Below, one piece after another: positions 9,373 through 19,207 of a DNA stretch of 64,000 bases. A program made the position numbers and the translations under genes. The notes under the pieces are model-generated. The model saw only the letters and a list, made by a program, of their open reading frames with translations, ran no database searches and was not told the DNA's origin. Location of the stretch: NCBI GenBank assembly GCA_039815245.1, contig JBCBZR010000011.1:3656-67655 (forward strand). Reading direction: 5' to 3'. Positions within the stretch are counted from its first letter, which is position 1; every line of letters starts with the position of its first letter. The DNA is from Pseudomonadota bacterium (lineage in GTDB: Bacteria > Pseudomonadota > Alphaproteobacteria > Sphingomonadales > Sphingomonadaceae).

Positions 9373-10383
9373 ATGAGTGCCGAAGTCGTTCCCCTGCCGC
9401 GTAAGGCACCGACGCTCGAGCCGATGTTGTCGCTGACTGCAACCGGCATGAACTCCGTCAACGCTGTCATTCTTGACCGGATGCAAAGCGAAATCCCCTT
9501 AATCCCGCGCCTTGCCGGCCATCTGATTTCGGGCGGGGGCAAGCGCCTGCGCCCGATGCTGACGCTCGCGGGTGCTAAACTGGTCGGGTATGAAGGGCAG
9601 CGCCACCATAAGCTCGCCGCTGCTGTTGAATTCATCCACACCGCCACTTTGCTGCACGATGACGTGGTCGATGGCAGCGAATTGCGACGCGGAAAGGCTG
9701 CGGCCAACATCATCTTTGGCAACCCGGCGACAGTGCTGGTGGGCGATTTTCTGTTCAGCCGGGCGTTTGAGCTGATGACCGAGGATGGCAGCCTGCGCGT
9801 CCTCTCCATCCTCAGCAATGCCAGCGCGGTTATTGCGGAAGGCGAGGTCTCCCAGCTCACCGCTCAGCGCCAGATAGAGACCAGCGAAGAGCGATATCTG
9901 CACATTATCGGCGCGAAGACTGCCGCTCTGTTCGCAGCCGCCAGCCAGATCAGTGCGGTGGTTGCTGAATGCAGTGAAGAGCAGGAGCGCGCGCTCGAAG
10001 ACTACGGGCGCAATTTGGGGGTAGCGTTCCAACTCGTCGATGACGCGATCGACTACGATTCAGACGCGGCTGAAATGGGCAAGGATCAGGGCGACGATTT
10101 TCGCGAAGGCAAGATGACGCTGCCGGTCATTCTGGCGCATGCGCGCGGAAATGAAGCAGAGCGCAAATTCTGGAAAGACGCTATCCTCGGACATCGCACG
10201 TCGGACGCTGATCTGGCGCACGCCATTGCGCTGATGGCCAAGCACAATGCGGTCGAAGACACGCGTGAAAAGGCGCGCCACTTCGCGCAGCGCGCAATCG
10301 ATGCGATCTCGATCTTCCCTGACAGCAAAGCCCGCGCGGCCATGTCCGAAGCGGCGCAGTTTGCGGTGGCGCGCGGGTATTGA
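9373..10383 (+). CDS. ispB: Polyprenyl (octaprenyl-type) diphosphate synthase
   Basis: It has GGKRLRP, the first Asp-rich motif LLHDDVVD and the second, QLVDDAIDY. I chose the internal ATG at 9373 as the start. Confidence 0.85.
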   Translation: MSAEVVPLPRKAPTLEPMLSLTATGMNSVNAVILDRMQSEIPLIPRLAGHLISGGGKRLRPMLTLAGAKLVGYEGQRHHKLAAAVEFIHTATLLHDDVVDGSELRRGKAAANIIFGNPATVLVGDFLFSRAFELMTEDGSLRVLSILSNASAVIAEGEVSQLTAQRQIETSEERYLHIIGAKTAALFAAASQISAVVAECSEEQERALEDYGRNLGVAFQLVDDAIDYDSDAAEMGKDQGDDFREGKMTLPVILAHARGNEAERKFWKDAILGHRTSDADLAHAIALMAKHNAVEDTREKARHFAQRAIDAISIFPDSKARAAMSEAAQFAVARGY

Positions 10384-10428
10384 GCCCCGTGTTGAGCTGA
10401 AGCCACTGCGCGCGCTATTCGGTCAGCT

Positions 10429-12867
10429 ATGACCGCCGATCTTCCCATCCAATCTGTGCTCGTTGACATAAGCAGCGCCTTGCGCTCGGACGGCGCGGCG
10501 GTCTTGATCGCTCCTCCTGGCGCGGGCAAGACCACCGCTGTTGCCCCCGCACTGCTGGCACAGCCATGGTGCATCGGAGAGATTATCCTGACCTCTCCGC
10601 GCCGTGTCGCAGCGCGCGCGGCAGCCGAGCGTATGGCCGAAATGCTGGGCGAAAAGCCGGGTGAGACGGTCGGCTATCAGACGCGAATGGATTCCAAAGT
10701 CAGCGCGCGCACCCGCATCCGCATCGTGACAGAGGCCATTTTGGTCAACCGTCTGGTGGCAGACCCGGAATTGCCGGGCGTCTCTGCGATCCTGTTTGAT
10801 GAAGCGCATGAGCGGCATCTCGACAGCGATCTGGGCCTCGCTCTGGCTCTGGAAACGCGGGCCGTGCTGCGTGAAGATCTTCGCGTGCTGGTGATGTCGG
10901 CGACGATTGATGGCGCGCGCTTTGCCCGTTTGCTCGGCGGCGATGCCCCGGTCATTGAGAGCGAAGGGCGCAGCTTTCCACTGGAAATCAAATGGCTTGG
11001 CAGTGATCCTTCAGCGCGGATCGAAGATCAGGTCGCAGCCGGTGTGATGCACGCTTGGCGCGAGCAGGACGGCGATATTCTCGCATTCCTTCCGGGTGTG
11101 CGCGAGATTGAGCGGGTGCGCGAGCGGCTCGAAGCGCGCCTCAAGGACACGCCGATCCTGCCGCTTCACGGCCAAGTCGAACCCGCCGATCAGCGCGCTG
11201 CCATTCGCCGCGATCCTGAGGGCAGGCGGCGCATCGTGCTGGCGACTGCGATTGCCGAGACCTCCCTGACGCTCGATGGCGTCTCCAATGTGGTCGATAG
11301 CGGTTTGGCGAGGCTCGCGGATTTTGACCGCGCGGCGGGCACCACGCAGCTCGTCACACGGCGCGCCAGCCAGGCGGCAGCGGCGCAGCGGGCGGGACGC
11401 GCGGCGCGGCAAGGGCCGGGGGTGGCGTATCGACTGTGGGAGGAGGCGGGCCACGCCGGCCGCCCCGAATTCGCTCCGCCAGAGATAGAGACCGCGGACC
11501 TCACCGCTCTGCTGCTCGATCTGGCGCGCTGGGGCAGCAGCGATCCTGGCGACCTGCAATGGCTTGATCCCCCGCCCGCCGCATCAGTGGCCGCCGCGCG
11601 GCAGGCGCTGGAGGCGATGGGCGCGCTCAATACGGAGGGTCGGATCACGCCATTTGGCGAAGCGGTCGCCGCTTTACCGATGGCTCCGCATGAAGCAGCG
11701 GCGGTGCTGTTCGGAGCGAGCGGCGGCATCGGGGAGGCGACCGCACGTCTAATCATGACGATGCAGGAGCGCGGGCTGGGCGGTCGCGGAGAAGACCTTG
11801 CGCAGCGTGGTTCGCGCTGGCGAGGGGAGCGCTCAAAGCGGGCGGACAGCGCCCGGCGGATGGCGCAAGGCTGGGCGCAGCGTGCCGATAAGCTTGTGCC
11901 AGAGCTTTCAGCTGCGCTTGTACAAACGCCTGAGAACCCCGCCGAAGCGCTCGCGCTCGCACGGCCCGATTTCGTTGCACGGCGGCGCGATGCGACGGGT
12001 GAGAACTGGCTGAGCGCTGGCGGACGCGGCTTCCTACTCGACCCCGCCTCATCGCTCGCCCGCGCGGAGTGGATCGTCATTGCCGACGCGCAAGGCGCCG
12101 CGCGCGGGGCGCGGATTACGGGCGGCCTCGCCTTGGATGCGAACGCGGTTGAGCGCTTGTTTGAGAGCAAACTTCAGGAACGCTCAATAGCCCACTGGAA
12201 CAAAGCCAAAAACCGTGTTGAAAGCCGCCGCGAGAAGCGGCTGAGTGCCATCGTGCTTGCAAGCGGGCCGGACCCTGATCCTGACCGCGCGGCGATTGTG
12301 GACATCCTTGTGCAAAAGGCTTTGGTTAGCTTGGGGGATTTCCTGCCGCTCGGCCTGCTTGCGCGCGCCAGGTTTGCCGAGATCGCTGAGCTTTCGCCCG
12401 ATGCGCTCGCGGCCAGCGCAGATTTGTGGCTGAGGCCACTGCTCGATGGTCGCCGCGACCTTGACCTTGCACCGCAGCGCGCGGCTGATGCGGCGCTTGG
12501 TGCCCTTGAATGGAGCGAGCGCCAGAGGCTTGAGGCCGATGCGCCCACGCACTTCACTTCCGCCGCCAACACGCGCCACGCGATTGACTACACTGGCGAC
12601 GATGCCCCGAGCGTTGAGGTGCGGGTGCAGGCGCTGTTCGGTCTGGACACTCACCCGATGGTCGGCACAACGCCGCTCCTCCTAAAGCTCACCAGTCCCG
12701 CAGGTCGCCCGATCCAGTCGACACGCGATCTGCCCGGTTTCTGGCGCGGATCATGGGCCGATGTCGCCAAGGATATGAAGGGCCGCTATCCAAAGCATCG
12801 CTGGCCCGACCAGCCATGGCTGGAAAAGCCGAGCCTCAAAACGAAAAACGCCTTCAATCGCGGCTGA
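10429..12867 (+). CDS. hrpB: ATP-dependent RNA helicase HrpB
   Basis: It has Walker A PPGAGKTT, the DEAH box FDEAHER, and about 810 aa with an HrpB-type C-terminal domain. Confidence 0.9.
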   Translation: MTADLPIQSVLVDISSALRSDGAAVLIAPPGAGKTTAVAPALLAQPWCIGEIILTSPRRVAARAAAERMAEMLGEKPGETVGYQTRMDSKVSARTRIRIVTEAILVNRLVADPELPGVSAILFDEAHERHLDSDLGLALALETRAVLREDLRVLVMSATIDGARFARLLGGDAPVIESEGRSFPLEIKWLGSDPSARIEDQVAAGVMHAWREQDGDILAFLPGVREIERVRERLEARLKDTPILPLHGQVEPADQRAAIRRDPEGRRRIVLATAIAETSLTLDGVSNVVDSGLARLADFDRAAGTTQLVTRRASQAAAAQRAGRAARQGPGVAYRLWEEAGHAGRPEFAPPEIETADLTALLLDLARWGSSDPGDLQWLDPPPAASVAAARQALEAMGALNTEGRITPFGEAVAALPMAPHEAAAVLFGASGGIGEATARLIMTMQERGLGGRGEDLAQRGSRWRGERSKRADSARRMAQGWAQRADKLVPELSAALVQTPENPAEALALARPDFVARRRDATGENWLSAGGRGFLLDPASSLARAEWIVIADAQGAARGARITGGLALDANAVERLFESKLQERSIAHWNKAKNRVESRREKRLSAIVLASGPDPDPDRAAIVDILVQKALVSLGDFLPLGLLARARFAEIAELSPDALAASADLWLRPLLDGRRDLDLAPQRAADAALGALEWSERQRLEADAPTHFTSAANTRHAIDYTGDDAPSVEVRVQALFGLDTHPMVGTTPLLLKLTSPAGRPIQSTRDLPGFWRGSWADVAKDMKGRYPKHRWPDQPWLEKPSLKTKNAFNRG

Positions 12868-12903
12868 GTTTGGACTATTTGCCTTTGCGGAAGGGATCAC
12901 GAG

Positions 12904-13182
12904 ATGAGTGCACGAATCTATCAAACGCCCAAAAGCGCGATGCAGTCCGGCAAGGCCAAGACTGACACGTGGGTGCTCGAATTCGTGCAATCCGAAGCGC
13001 GCAAGCCCGATCCGCTGATGGGCTGGACCGGCAGCGGCGACACGCAGGCGCAAGTGAAGCTGACCTTCCCTGACAAAGAGGCGGCAAAGGCCTATGCCGA
13101 GAAATACGGTATCGCCGCGCGCGTCCACGCAACGCCGCCCAAGACGCTCAAAATTCAGGCCTACGCAGACAACTTCAAGTAA
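12904..13182 (+). CDS. NDUFS4-like ETC complex I subunit conserved-region protein
   Basis: The sequence ARIYQTPKSAMQSG...WVLEF...PLMGWTGSGDT...F is the typical pattern for the small alphaproteobacterial NDUFS4 homologues. Confidence 0.8.
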   Translation: MSARIYQTPKSAMQSGKAKTDTWVLEFVQSEARKPDPLMGWTGSGDTQAQVKLTFPDKEAAKAYAEKYGIAARVHATPPKTLKIQAYADNFK

Positions 13183-13217
13183 GTTGATTTTTCATGTCTG
13201 TGCGACCATATGGCGTT

Positions 13218-13310
13218 CCGGGAGTCGGGTGGACGTTTGCGTTCGCTCACCGGGTCAGGTCCGGAAGGAAGCAGCCCAGGTGAATTGCGGCGGGTCGCTC
13301 GGCTCCTTTA
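13218..13310 (+). ncRNA. ffs: Signal recognition particle RNA (4.5S/ffs); ends approximate
   Basis: The invariant domain IV core GGTCAGGTCCGGAAGGAAGCAGCC lies at about 13253-13276. The closing helix pairs ggagtcg with cggctcc. It sits directly upstream of dnaX, as in many bacteria. Confidence 0.8.
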
Positions 13311-13382
13311 TGGTTTTCCCCGCTCTCATGTTTTCCTCACATGCGCGATGACAAAGACCGGCCAAGAGCCTAGCTTGTTCCC

Positions 13383-15194
13383 GTGACTGATTCCGATCCA
13401 GATCTGCCCGAGACCGAAGATGAAGCCCCCAGCGCTGCTGAGTTGGAGGCGGCAGGGCAAAACTCGATGTTTGGCGGCGATGATATGGGCGGCGCGCCTC
13501 CCGCGCCTGCCCCAGCGCCCCCTCCGCCGACGCCGCCGAACTTGACCCCCGCACCCGCAGAGGCATCTACAGGCGATGCGCAGCCTTATCGCGTGCTTGC
13601 GCGCAAATACCGTCCGCAGACCTTCTCTGAGCTGATCGGGCAGGAGCCGATGGTCCGCACGCTCGCCAATGCGATTGAGCGCGACCGGCTGGCCCACGCT
13701 TTCCTGATGACGGGTGTGCGCGGGGTCGGCAAAACCTCGACCGCGCGGCTAATCGCCAAGGCACTCAATTGCATCGGGCCAGATGGGCAGGGCGGGCCGA
13801 CGATTGATCCGTGCGGTGTGTGCGAAAACTGCCTCGCCATTTCGGAAGGCCGCCATATCGACGTGATCGAGATGGACGCGGCGTCAAACACCGGCGTCGA
13901 TGATGTGCGCGAGATTATCGAGGCGGTGCGCTATGCGGCGGTTTCGGCGCGCTTCAAGATCTACATCATCGACGAAGTTCACATGCTGTCTCGCAACGCT
14001 TTCAATGCCTTGCTCAAGACACTTGAGGAACCGCCTGCGCATGTGAAATTCCTGTTTGCTACCACCGAAGTGGAAAAGCTGCCGATCACAGTGCTCAGCC
14101 GCACGCAGCGCTTTGATCTGCGGCGCATTCCGGCCGAGATGCTGGCCGAGCATTTCGCCAAGGTCTGCTCGCTCGAAGGCGTAGAGGCCGAGGAAGAGGC
14201 CGTGCGGATTATCGCGGCGGCGGCCGAAGGCTCGGTGCGGGACGGGCTCTCTATCCTCGATCAGGCGATTGCTCACGCCGATCTCGAAGGCGAGGGCGCC
14301 GTCAGCGCAGAGCGTGTGCGCGATATGCTGGGCCTCGCAGACAAGGGAGCGCAGCGCGAATTGCTAGGCACTTTGCTGGAGGCCGATGCACCGCAATTGC
14401 TCGCCGGGATCGACTCTCAATATTCGCTCGGGGTTGAGCCGCTGGCCCTGATGCGCGCGCTGATGGATTTGGTGCACAAGATTACGGTTGCGCAGGTGTC
14501 GGGCGGTGAACCCGACGCGCCAAGCGCTGAAGAGCGCGCGGTGCTGGCGGGCTTTGCCGAGCGGCTGAGCGCGGCGCAATTGCACCGGCTGTGGCAATTG
14601 CTGCTTAAGGGCCATGACGAAGTGCGCAGCGCGCCTGATCCGTTGGTCGCGCTGCAAATGGCGCTGCTGCGCGCGCTGCATGCGGGTCAGATGCCTGATC
14701 CGGGCAAGCTGGCCGCGCGGATCGAACAGCTCGCCAACCTTCCAGCGGCAGTTGCGGGCGAGGGACCAGCGGGCGAAAGTCCGGCGGCAACGTCAGGCGA
14801 AACCCCTCAGGCCCACATGGCTGCAGCAACGCAAAGCTGGCGCGATCTGGTCGACGAAGTGGACCGCGCTGGCCGCATGCATGTCGCCGAAGTGATGCGC
14901 TCGCGCATCCGGGTGATTGAGCTCAGCACAGACACGCTCATTTACCAGCAGGCGGATGATTATCCAGACGATCCCGGCCCCGAAGTGCGCGACGTGTTGT
15001 TTCAGCTTAAAGGGCGCCGCTGGCGGGTCGAGAAGGGCGCGGGTGAGGCGCAACCGACCCTGCGCGAGGAGGCTGAGGCCGAAGCCAAGGCCGCACGCGA
15101 ACGCACGCTCAGCGATCCGCTTGTGAAAGCCACGCTCTCTGCCTTTCCGGACGCCGAACTCATCGAAACGCCCGACGCTGCTGCGAACGGTTGA
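13383..15194 (+). CDS. dnaX: DNA polymerase III subunits gamma/tau
   Basis: It has YRVLARKYRPQTF, Walker A GVRGVGKTSTARL and the zinc module CGVCENC. A Pro/Ala-rich N-terminal extension makes the start uncertain. Confidence 0.9.
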   Translation: MTDSDPDLPETEDEAPSAAELEAAGQNSMFGGDDMGGAPPAPAPAPPPPTPPNLTPAPAEASTGDAQPYRVLARKYRPQTFSELIGQEPMVRTLANAIERDRLAHAFLMTGVRGVGKTSTARLIAKALNCIGPDGQGGPTIDPCGVCENCLAISEGRHIDVIEMDAASNTGVDDVREIIEAVRYAAVSARFKIYIIDEVHMLSRNAFNALLKTLEEPPAHVKFLFATTEVEKLPITVLSRTQRFDLRRIPAEMLAEHFAKVCSLEGVEAEEEAVRIIAAAAEGSVRDGLSILDQAIAHADLEGEGAVSAERVRDMLGLADKGAQRELLGTLLEADAPQLLAGIDSQYSLGVEPLALMRALMDLVHKITVAQVSGGEPDAPSAEERAVLAGFAERLSAAQLHRLWQLLLKGHDEVRSAPDPLVALQMALLRALHAGQMPDPGKLAARIEQLANLPAAVAGEGPAGESPAATSGETPQAHMAAATQSWRDLVDEVDRAGRMHVAEVMRSRIRVIELSTDTLIYQQADDYPDDPGPEVRDVLFQLKGRRWRVEKGAGEAQPTLREEAEAEAKAARERTLSDPLVKATLSAFPDAELIETPDAAANG

Positions 15195-15221
15195 TGCGAA
15201 ACAAACGAAGGACCCGAAGTA

Positions 15222-15563
15222 ATGGAAAACATGGAAGAAATGATGCGCGCCGCCCAGCAGGCCGCTGAAACAATCCAGAATCAGATGAACGACATGCAGG
15301 TCAAACTCGACTCGATCGAGGTTGAAGGCGCGGCAGGCGGCGGTCTGGTGACCGTGCGCGCCACCGCCAAGGGCCGCATTCTCGGCGTCAGCATCGATGA
15401 CAGCCTGATGAAGCCGGACGAGAAAAACATCGTCGAAGACCTCGTCACCGCCGCCTTCAACGACGCGCGCGACAAGGCGGACAGGGTGTCGGCCGAGCAG
15501 ATGAAGGAAATGCAGGGCTCAATGGGGCTGCCGCCGGGCTTCAACCTGCCGGGCATGGGGTGA
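15222..15563 (+). CDS. ybaB: YbaB/EbfC nucleoid-associated protein
   Basis: It is 113 aa and lies immediately after dnaX. The sequence GGGLVTVRATAKGRILGVSID is typical of the family. Confidence 0.9.
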   Translation: MENMEEMMRAAQQAAETIQNQMNDMQVKLDSIEVEGAAGGGLVTVRATAKGRILGVSIDDSLMKPDEKNIVEDLVTAAFNDARDKADRVSAEQMKEMQGSMGLPPGFNLPGMG

Positions 15564-15573
15564 TGGGATTTTC

Positions 15574-16038
15574 GTGGTAGCCAAATGGAAATTCGCGGGA
15601 GCGGGGGCTTTGTTTTTGGCAGCCTCCATTGGAGGCGCCCACGAGGTATCGTCGCAGAACAATGAAGACGAGACAATCGAGTTGGCCGTGCGTCAAACTT
15701 CAATGGGACCGGTTTGCTGGGCAGCAATCGTCGAAGCGGCGCTGGAATCAGGTAGAAGGTGCCTTGATGATCCGGACCTTGCAGCAATTGCCGAACTTGA
15801 AAATTCGTCGCGTTTATTGGGTGAACGTTTCATCGCTTTGGGCTGGTCAGCCGAGAGTCTTGATCGCTTCCGCCGTCAAATGGGCGAAAAGGACGTTCCC
15901 ACCGAAGAACTTTGTTCTAACAGCGACGGTTCTGAATTCGTGAGCGCAATTGTTGAGGCAGGGCCGGACAATCTCGCAAAGCAAACGCAAGAGATGATGG
16001 CAAGACCCGGCCCACCGGTTTGGGGCACGTGCCTCTAG
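15574..16038 (+). CDS. Hypothetical secreted Cys-containing protein (orphan, lower GC)
   Basis: It has a GTG start 10 nt after ybaB and a signal-peptide-like N-terminus, KWKFAGAGALFLAASIGGA. I recognise no family. Sampled lines give 31/60 and 27/60 G+C, against 40/60 in ybaB. Confidence 0.45.
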   Translation: MVAKWKFAGAGALFLAASIGGAHEVSSQNNEDETIELAVRQTSMGPVCWAAIVEAALESGRRCLDDPDLAAIAELENSSRLLGERFIALGWSAESLDRFRRQMGEKDVPTEELCSNSDGSEFVSAIVEAGPDNLAKQTQEMMARPGPPVWGTCL

Positions 16039-16057
16039 CGTCCACAGCTAACTCAAG

Positions 16058-16091
16058 TTGACCATTGCGAGGCCGCGCGCGCTCCCCATAT
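16058..16091 (+). promoter_or_regulatory. Possible RpoH (sigma-32)-type heat-shock promoter of lon
   Basis: An exact CCCCATAT lies at 16084-16091, about 60 nt upstream of the lon ATG, and TTG-containing elements lie upstream at 16058-16067. The -35 assignment and spacing are ambiguous. Confidence 0.3.
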
Positions 16092-16149
16092 CCTTGATCA
16101 ACGGCGCGCCCTGATGGCCGGCCGACTGAATTTCAGCGGATACATCACC

Positions 16150-18543
16150 ATGACTCAGCAATTCCCACTCCTCCCCCTGCGCGACATTGTCGTTTTCCCC
16201 GGCATGGTCGTCCCGCTTTTCGTTGGTCGCGCCAAATCGGTTGCGGCGCTTGAAGCGGCGATGGACGCGAGCAAGGATATCTTCCTGCTCGCGCAGCTTG
16301 ATCCGGCTTGCGATGATCCCGAGGGCGTTGATCTGTTTGATACGGGCGTCGTCGCGCAAGTCCTGCAATTGGTGAAGGCGCCTGATGGCACGGTGCGCGT
16401 GCTCGTCGAAGGCTCGCACCGCGCCAAGCTCTCCGACCTGCGCGAAGAGGGTGACTATGTGGTCGCCGAAGTGGACCTGATCGAGCCAGAGACCGTCGCT
16501 GGCAATGAAGTCGCCACCCTGATGCGTCAGGTGACCGAGCAATTCGGCGAATATGCCAAGCTTTCCAAGAAGATGGGCGAGGAAACCAATGTCGATTTGA
16601 GCGATGTCGATGATGCGGGGCAATTGGGTGACACCATTGCCGCCGCGATCACCGCCAAGGTCGCTGACAAGCAATCGCTGCTAACGGAGATCAATCCTCT
16701 CAAGCGCCTCGAACGCGTGATGGCGTTTATGGAGGGCGAGCTGTCTGCGATGCAGGTGGACCGCAAAATCCGTGGCCGGGTCAAGCGCCAGATGGAGAAA
16801 ACGCAGCGCGAATATTATCTCAACGAGCAATTGAAGGCGATCCAGTCCGAATTGGGCGGCGGCGACGGGGACGAGGGCAATGAAATTGCCGAGCTCTCCA
16901 AGCAGATTGAGGAAACCAAGCTTTCCAAGGATGCCAAGGAAAAGGCGCTGGCTGAGCTCAAAAAGCTGAAGAGCATGCAGCCGATGAGCGCTGAGGCGAC
17001 GGTCATCCGCAACTATCTCGATGTGCTGCTGGGCCTGCCATGGGGCAAGAAAAGTCGGGTGAAGAAGGACATTGCGCGCGCACAAAAGGTGCTGGATGCT
17101 GACCATTACGGGCTTGAGAAGGTCAAGGACCGGATCATTGAGTATCTCGCCGTGCAGGCGCGCACGAACAAGCTGAAAGGCCCGATCCTTTGCCTTGTGG
17201 GCCCGCCCGGTGTCGGCAAAACCTCGCTCGGTAAGTCCATCGCCAAAGCTACGGGGCGCGAATTTGTGCGTCAGTCGTTGGGCGGGGTTCGCGATGAGGC
17301 GGAGATTCGCGGCCACCGGCGCACCTATATCGGTTCGATGCCCGGCAAGATCGTCAACAATCTGAAGAAAGCGGGTTCGAGCAATCCGCTGTTCTTGCTC
17401 GATGAGATCGACAAGCTGGGTCAGGACTTCCGTGGTGATCCGGCCTCGGCGCTGCTCGAAGTGCTCGACCCTGAGCAGAACAACAAGTTTCAGGACCACT
17501 ATCTCGAGCTCGATCTCGACCTCAGCGACATCATGTTCGTGACCACTGCCAACAGCCTCGACCTGCCGCAGCCGCTGCTTGATCGGATGGAGATCATCCG
17601 GCTGGAAGGCTACACCGAAGACGAGAAGGTCGAAATCGCGCAGCGTCACCTGATCTCCAAACAGGTCGATGACCATGGTTTGAAGGACGGCGAATTTGAG
17701 CTGACCGAAGACGCCTTGCGCGATCTCATCCGCTATTACACGCGCGAAGCGGGCGTTCGCACGCTGGAACGTGAAGTGGCTCGACTGTGCCGCAAGTCCT
17801 TGCGCAAAATCCTCGAAAAAGAGGTCACCAGCGTGACAATCACGCCGGAAAATCTTGGCGACTTTGCAGGCGTGCGCAAATTCAAGCACGGCATGAGCGA
17901 GGATGAGGCGCAGGTTGGCACAGTCACCGGGCTCGCCTGGACCAGCGTGGGCGGCGAATTGCTGACCATTGAGAGCGTGACGACACCGGGCAAGGGCGAG
18001 ATCAAGACCACCGGCAAGCTGGGCGAGGTCATGAACGAAAGCGTCGCCGCCGCCTTCAGCTTCGTGAAATCGCGCGCGCCCGGCTATGGCATCAAGCCAA
18101 GCCTGTTCCAACGCCGCAATGTCCATATCCACCTGCCGGAAGGCGCTGTGCCCAAAGACGGGCCGAGCGCAGGCGTGGGCATGGTGACTTCGATTGTCTC
18201 GACGCTGTCTGGCGCAACCGTGCGTCCTGATGTCGCGATGACCGGCGAAGTGACCTTGCGCGGCCGGGTGTTGGCGATTGGCGGATTGAAGGAAAAGCTG
18301 CTGGCGGCGCTGCGCGGCGGGATCAAGACGGTCCTTATCCCCGAGGAGAACGTTAAAGACCTCGCTGAAATCCCTGACAACGTGAAAGAAGGGCTCGAGA
18401 TCGTGGCGGTGAGCCATGTGGACGAGGTGCTCGAACGTGCGCTCACTGAAGTGCCGACACCGATTGAGTGGAGCGAGGCGGACGATCTTGCAAGCCAGCC
18501 GGGCGCCGGCGCTGGCGGAGCGTCTGCGCCCACCACACACTGA
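16150..18543 (+). CDS. lon: ATP-dependent Lon protease
   Basis: It has [20 protein letters not shown], Walker [10 protein letters not shown] and the catalytic-Ser motif PKDGPSAG. I chose the internal ATG at 16150 as the start. Confidence 0.95.
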   Translation: MTQQFPLLPLRDIVVFPGMVVPLFVGRAKSVAALEAAMDASKDIFLLAQLDPACDDPEGVDLFDTGVVAQVLQLVKAPDGTVRVLVEGSHRAKLSDLREEGDYVVAEVDLIEPETVAGNEVATLMRQVTEQFGEYAKLSKKMGEETNVDLSDVDDAGQLGDTIAAAITAKVADKQSLLTEINPLKRLERVMAFMEGELSAMQVDRKIRGRVKRQMEKTQREYYLNEQLKAIQSELGGGDGDEGNEIAELSKQIEETKLSKDAKEKALAELKKLKSMQPMSAEATVIRNYLDVLLGLPWGKKSRVKKDIARAQKVLDADHYGLEKVKDRIIEYLAVQARTNKLKGPILCLVGPPGVGKTSLGKSIAKATGREFVRQSLGGVRDEAEIRGHRRTYIGSMPGKIVNNLKKAGSSNPLFLLDEIDKLGQDFRGDPASALLEVLDPEQNNKFQDHYLELDLDLSDIMFVTTANSLDLPQPLLDRMEIIRLEGYTEDEKVEIAQRHLISKQVDDHGLKDGEFELTEDALRDLIRYYTREAGVRTLEREVARLCRKSLRKILEKEVTSVTITPENLGDFAGVRKFKHGMSEDEAQVGTVTGLAWTSVGGELLTIESVTTPGKGEIKTTGKLGEVMNESVAAAFSFVKSRAPGYGIKPSLFQRRNVHIHLPEGAVPKDGPSAGVGMVTSIVSTLSGATVRPDVAMTGEVTLRGRVLAIGGLKEKLLAALRGGIKTVLIPEENVKDLAEIPDNVKEGLEIVAVSHVDEVLERALTEVPTPIEWSEADDLASQPGAGAGGASAPTTH

Positions 18544-18805
18544 GTCTTTAACCACCCTCAAAGCCGTTGGTTTGTTGATTCAGATCAATTGCTTTGGGCG
18601 CCGGGATGATCCGCGCCTGTGCCAGATCGGTAACAGACGCTGGCGCATTGGCCGCACTTCGCCACCATTCCAGCGGCTTAGTTGCAAAAAGCGCGAAACT
18701 TACCATGATTTGCCTTTGACAGCCCTCGCAAAAACGTCTCAATTCAGGCTCATCGTGGAGACGATTCATCGGAAATAAGAAGGGCATTTGAAGGGGTTTG
18801 GCATA

Positions 18806-19078
18806 ATGAATAAAAATGACTTGATCAGTGCAGTCGCAGAAAGCAGCGGGCTTTCGAAGAATGATGCTTCAAATGCTGTTGAAGGTGTTTTCGAAGCCAT
18901 TACGAAAGCTCTGACTGGCGGTGACGAAGTGCGCTTGGTCGGGTTTGGTACTTTTTCTGTGGCAAAGCGTAAGGCTTCTACTGGACGCAATCCGCGTACG
19001 GGTCAGCCAATGCCGATCCCGGAATCGAACCAGCCTAAGTTCAAGGCCGGCAAGGGCCTCAAGGACGCTGTGAACTAA
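18806..19078 (+). CDS. hupB: HU family DNA-binding protein
   Basis: The sequence MNKNDLISAV...GFGTFSVAKRKASTGRNPRTG is diagnostic. The lon-hupB arrangement is the classic one. Confidence 0.9.
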   Translation: MNKNDLISAVAESSGLSKNDASNAVEGVFEAITKALTGGDEVRLVGFGTFSVAKRKASTGRNPRTGQPMPIPESNQPKFKAGKGLKDAVN

Positions 19079-19119
19079 ACCGGTTCTGTCCGTGCCATCG
19101 TATGGGTGCATTGGACCAC

Positions 19120-19165
19120 AAAGCCCCGCTATCCTTTTCTGGATGGCGGGGCTTCGTGTTTGTGC
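19120..19165 (+). terminator. Intrinsic terminator after hupB
   Basis: A 9-bp GC-rich stem pairs aagccccgc (19121-19129) with gcggggctt (19146-19154). A T-containing tail, cgtgtttgtg, follows. Confidence 0.55.
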
Positions 19166-19207
19166 GGTGGCTTTTAACTCAAATCTTTGAGTGCCTAACC
19201 CGTCAGA

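Noticed and set aside
13383-13580. A Pro/Ala-rich ~65-aa N-terminal extension on DnaX precedes the conserved YRVLARKYRPQTF. S2 has a similar Ala/Pro/Glu tail at 25380-25468.
   Set aside because: Low-complexity extensions of this kind are common in high-GC alphaproteobacterial orthologues, and the DnaX case may partly reflect start-codon ambiguity. I have no evidence of a distinct feature.
16681-18561. A 626-aa ORF antisense to lon. Similar long antisense ORFs are:
- 1433..2422
- 7004..8011
- 11190..12170
- 20065..21057
- 25570..26565
- 30296..31273
- 31846..33306
- 43982..45394
- 52549..53673
- 56046..57101
   Set aside because: Each lies opposite a gene with unmistakable family motifs. Their translations are Arg/Ala/His/Pro-rich with no recognisable motifs, as expected for stop-poor antisense frames in high-GC DNA.
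18544-18805. The 262-nt lon-hupB spacer might hold a small RNA or promoter. It contains TTGACA at 18716-18721 followed 17 nt later by TCAATT.
   Set aside because: The -10 is a weak match, and only a 5-bp GC hairpin is visible. A hupB promoter is plausible, but the evidence is too thin to call a feature.
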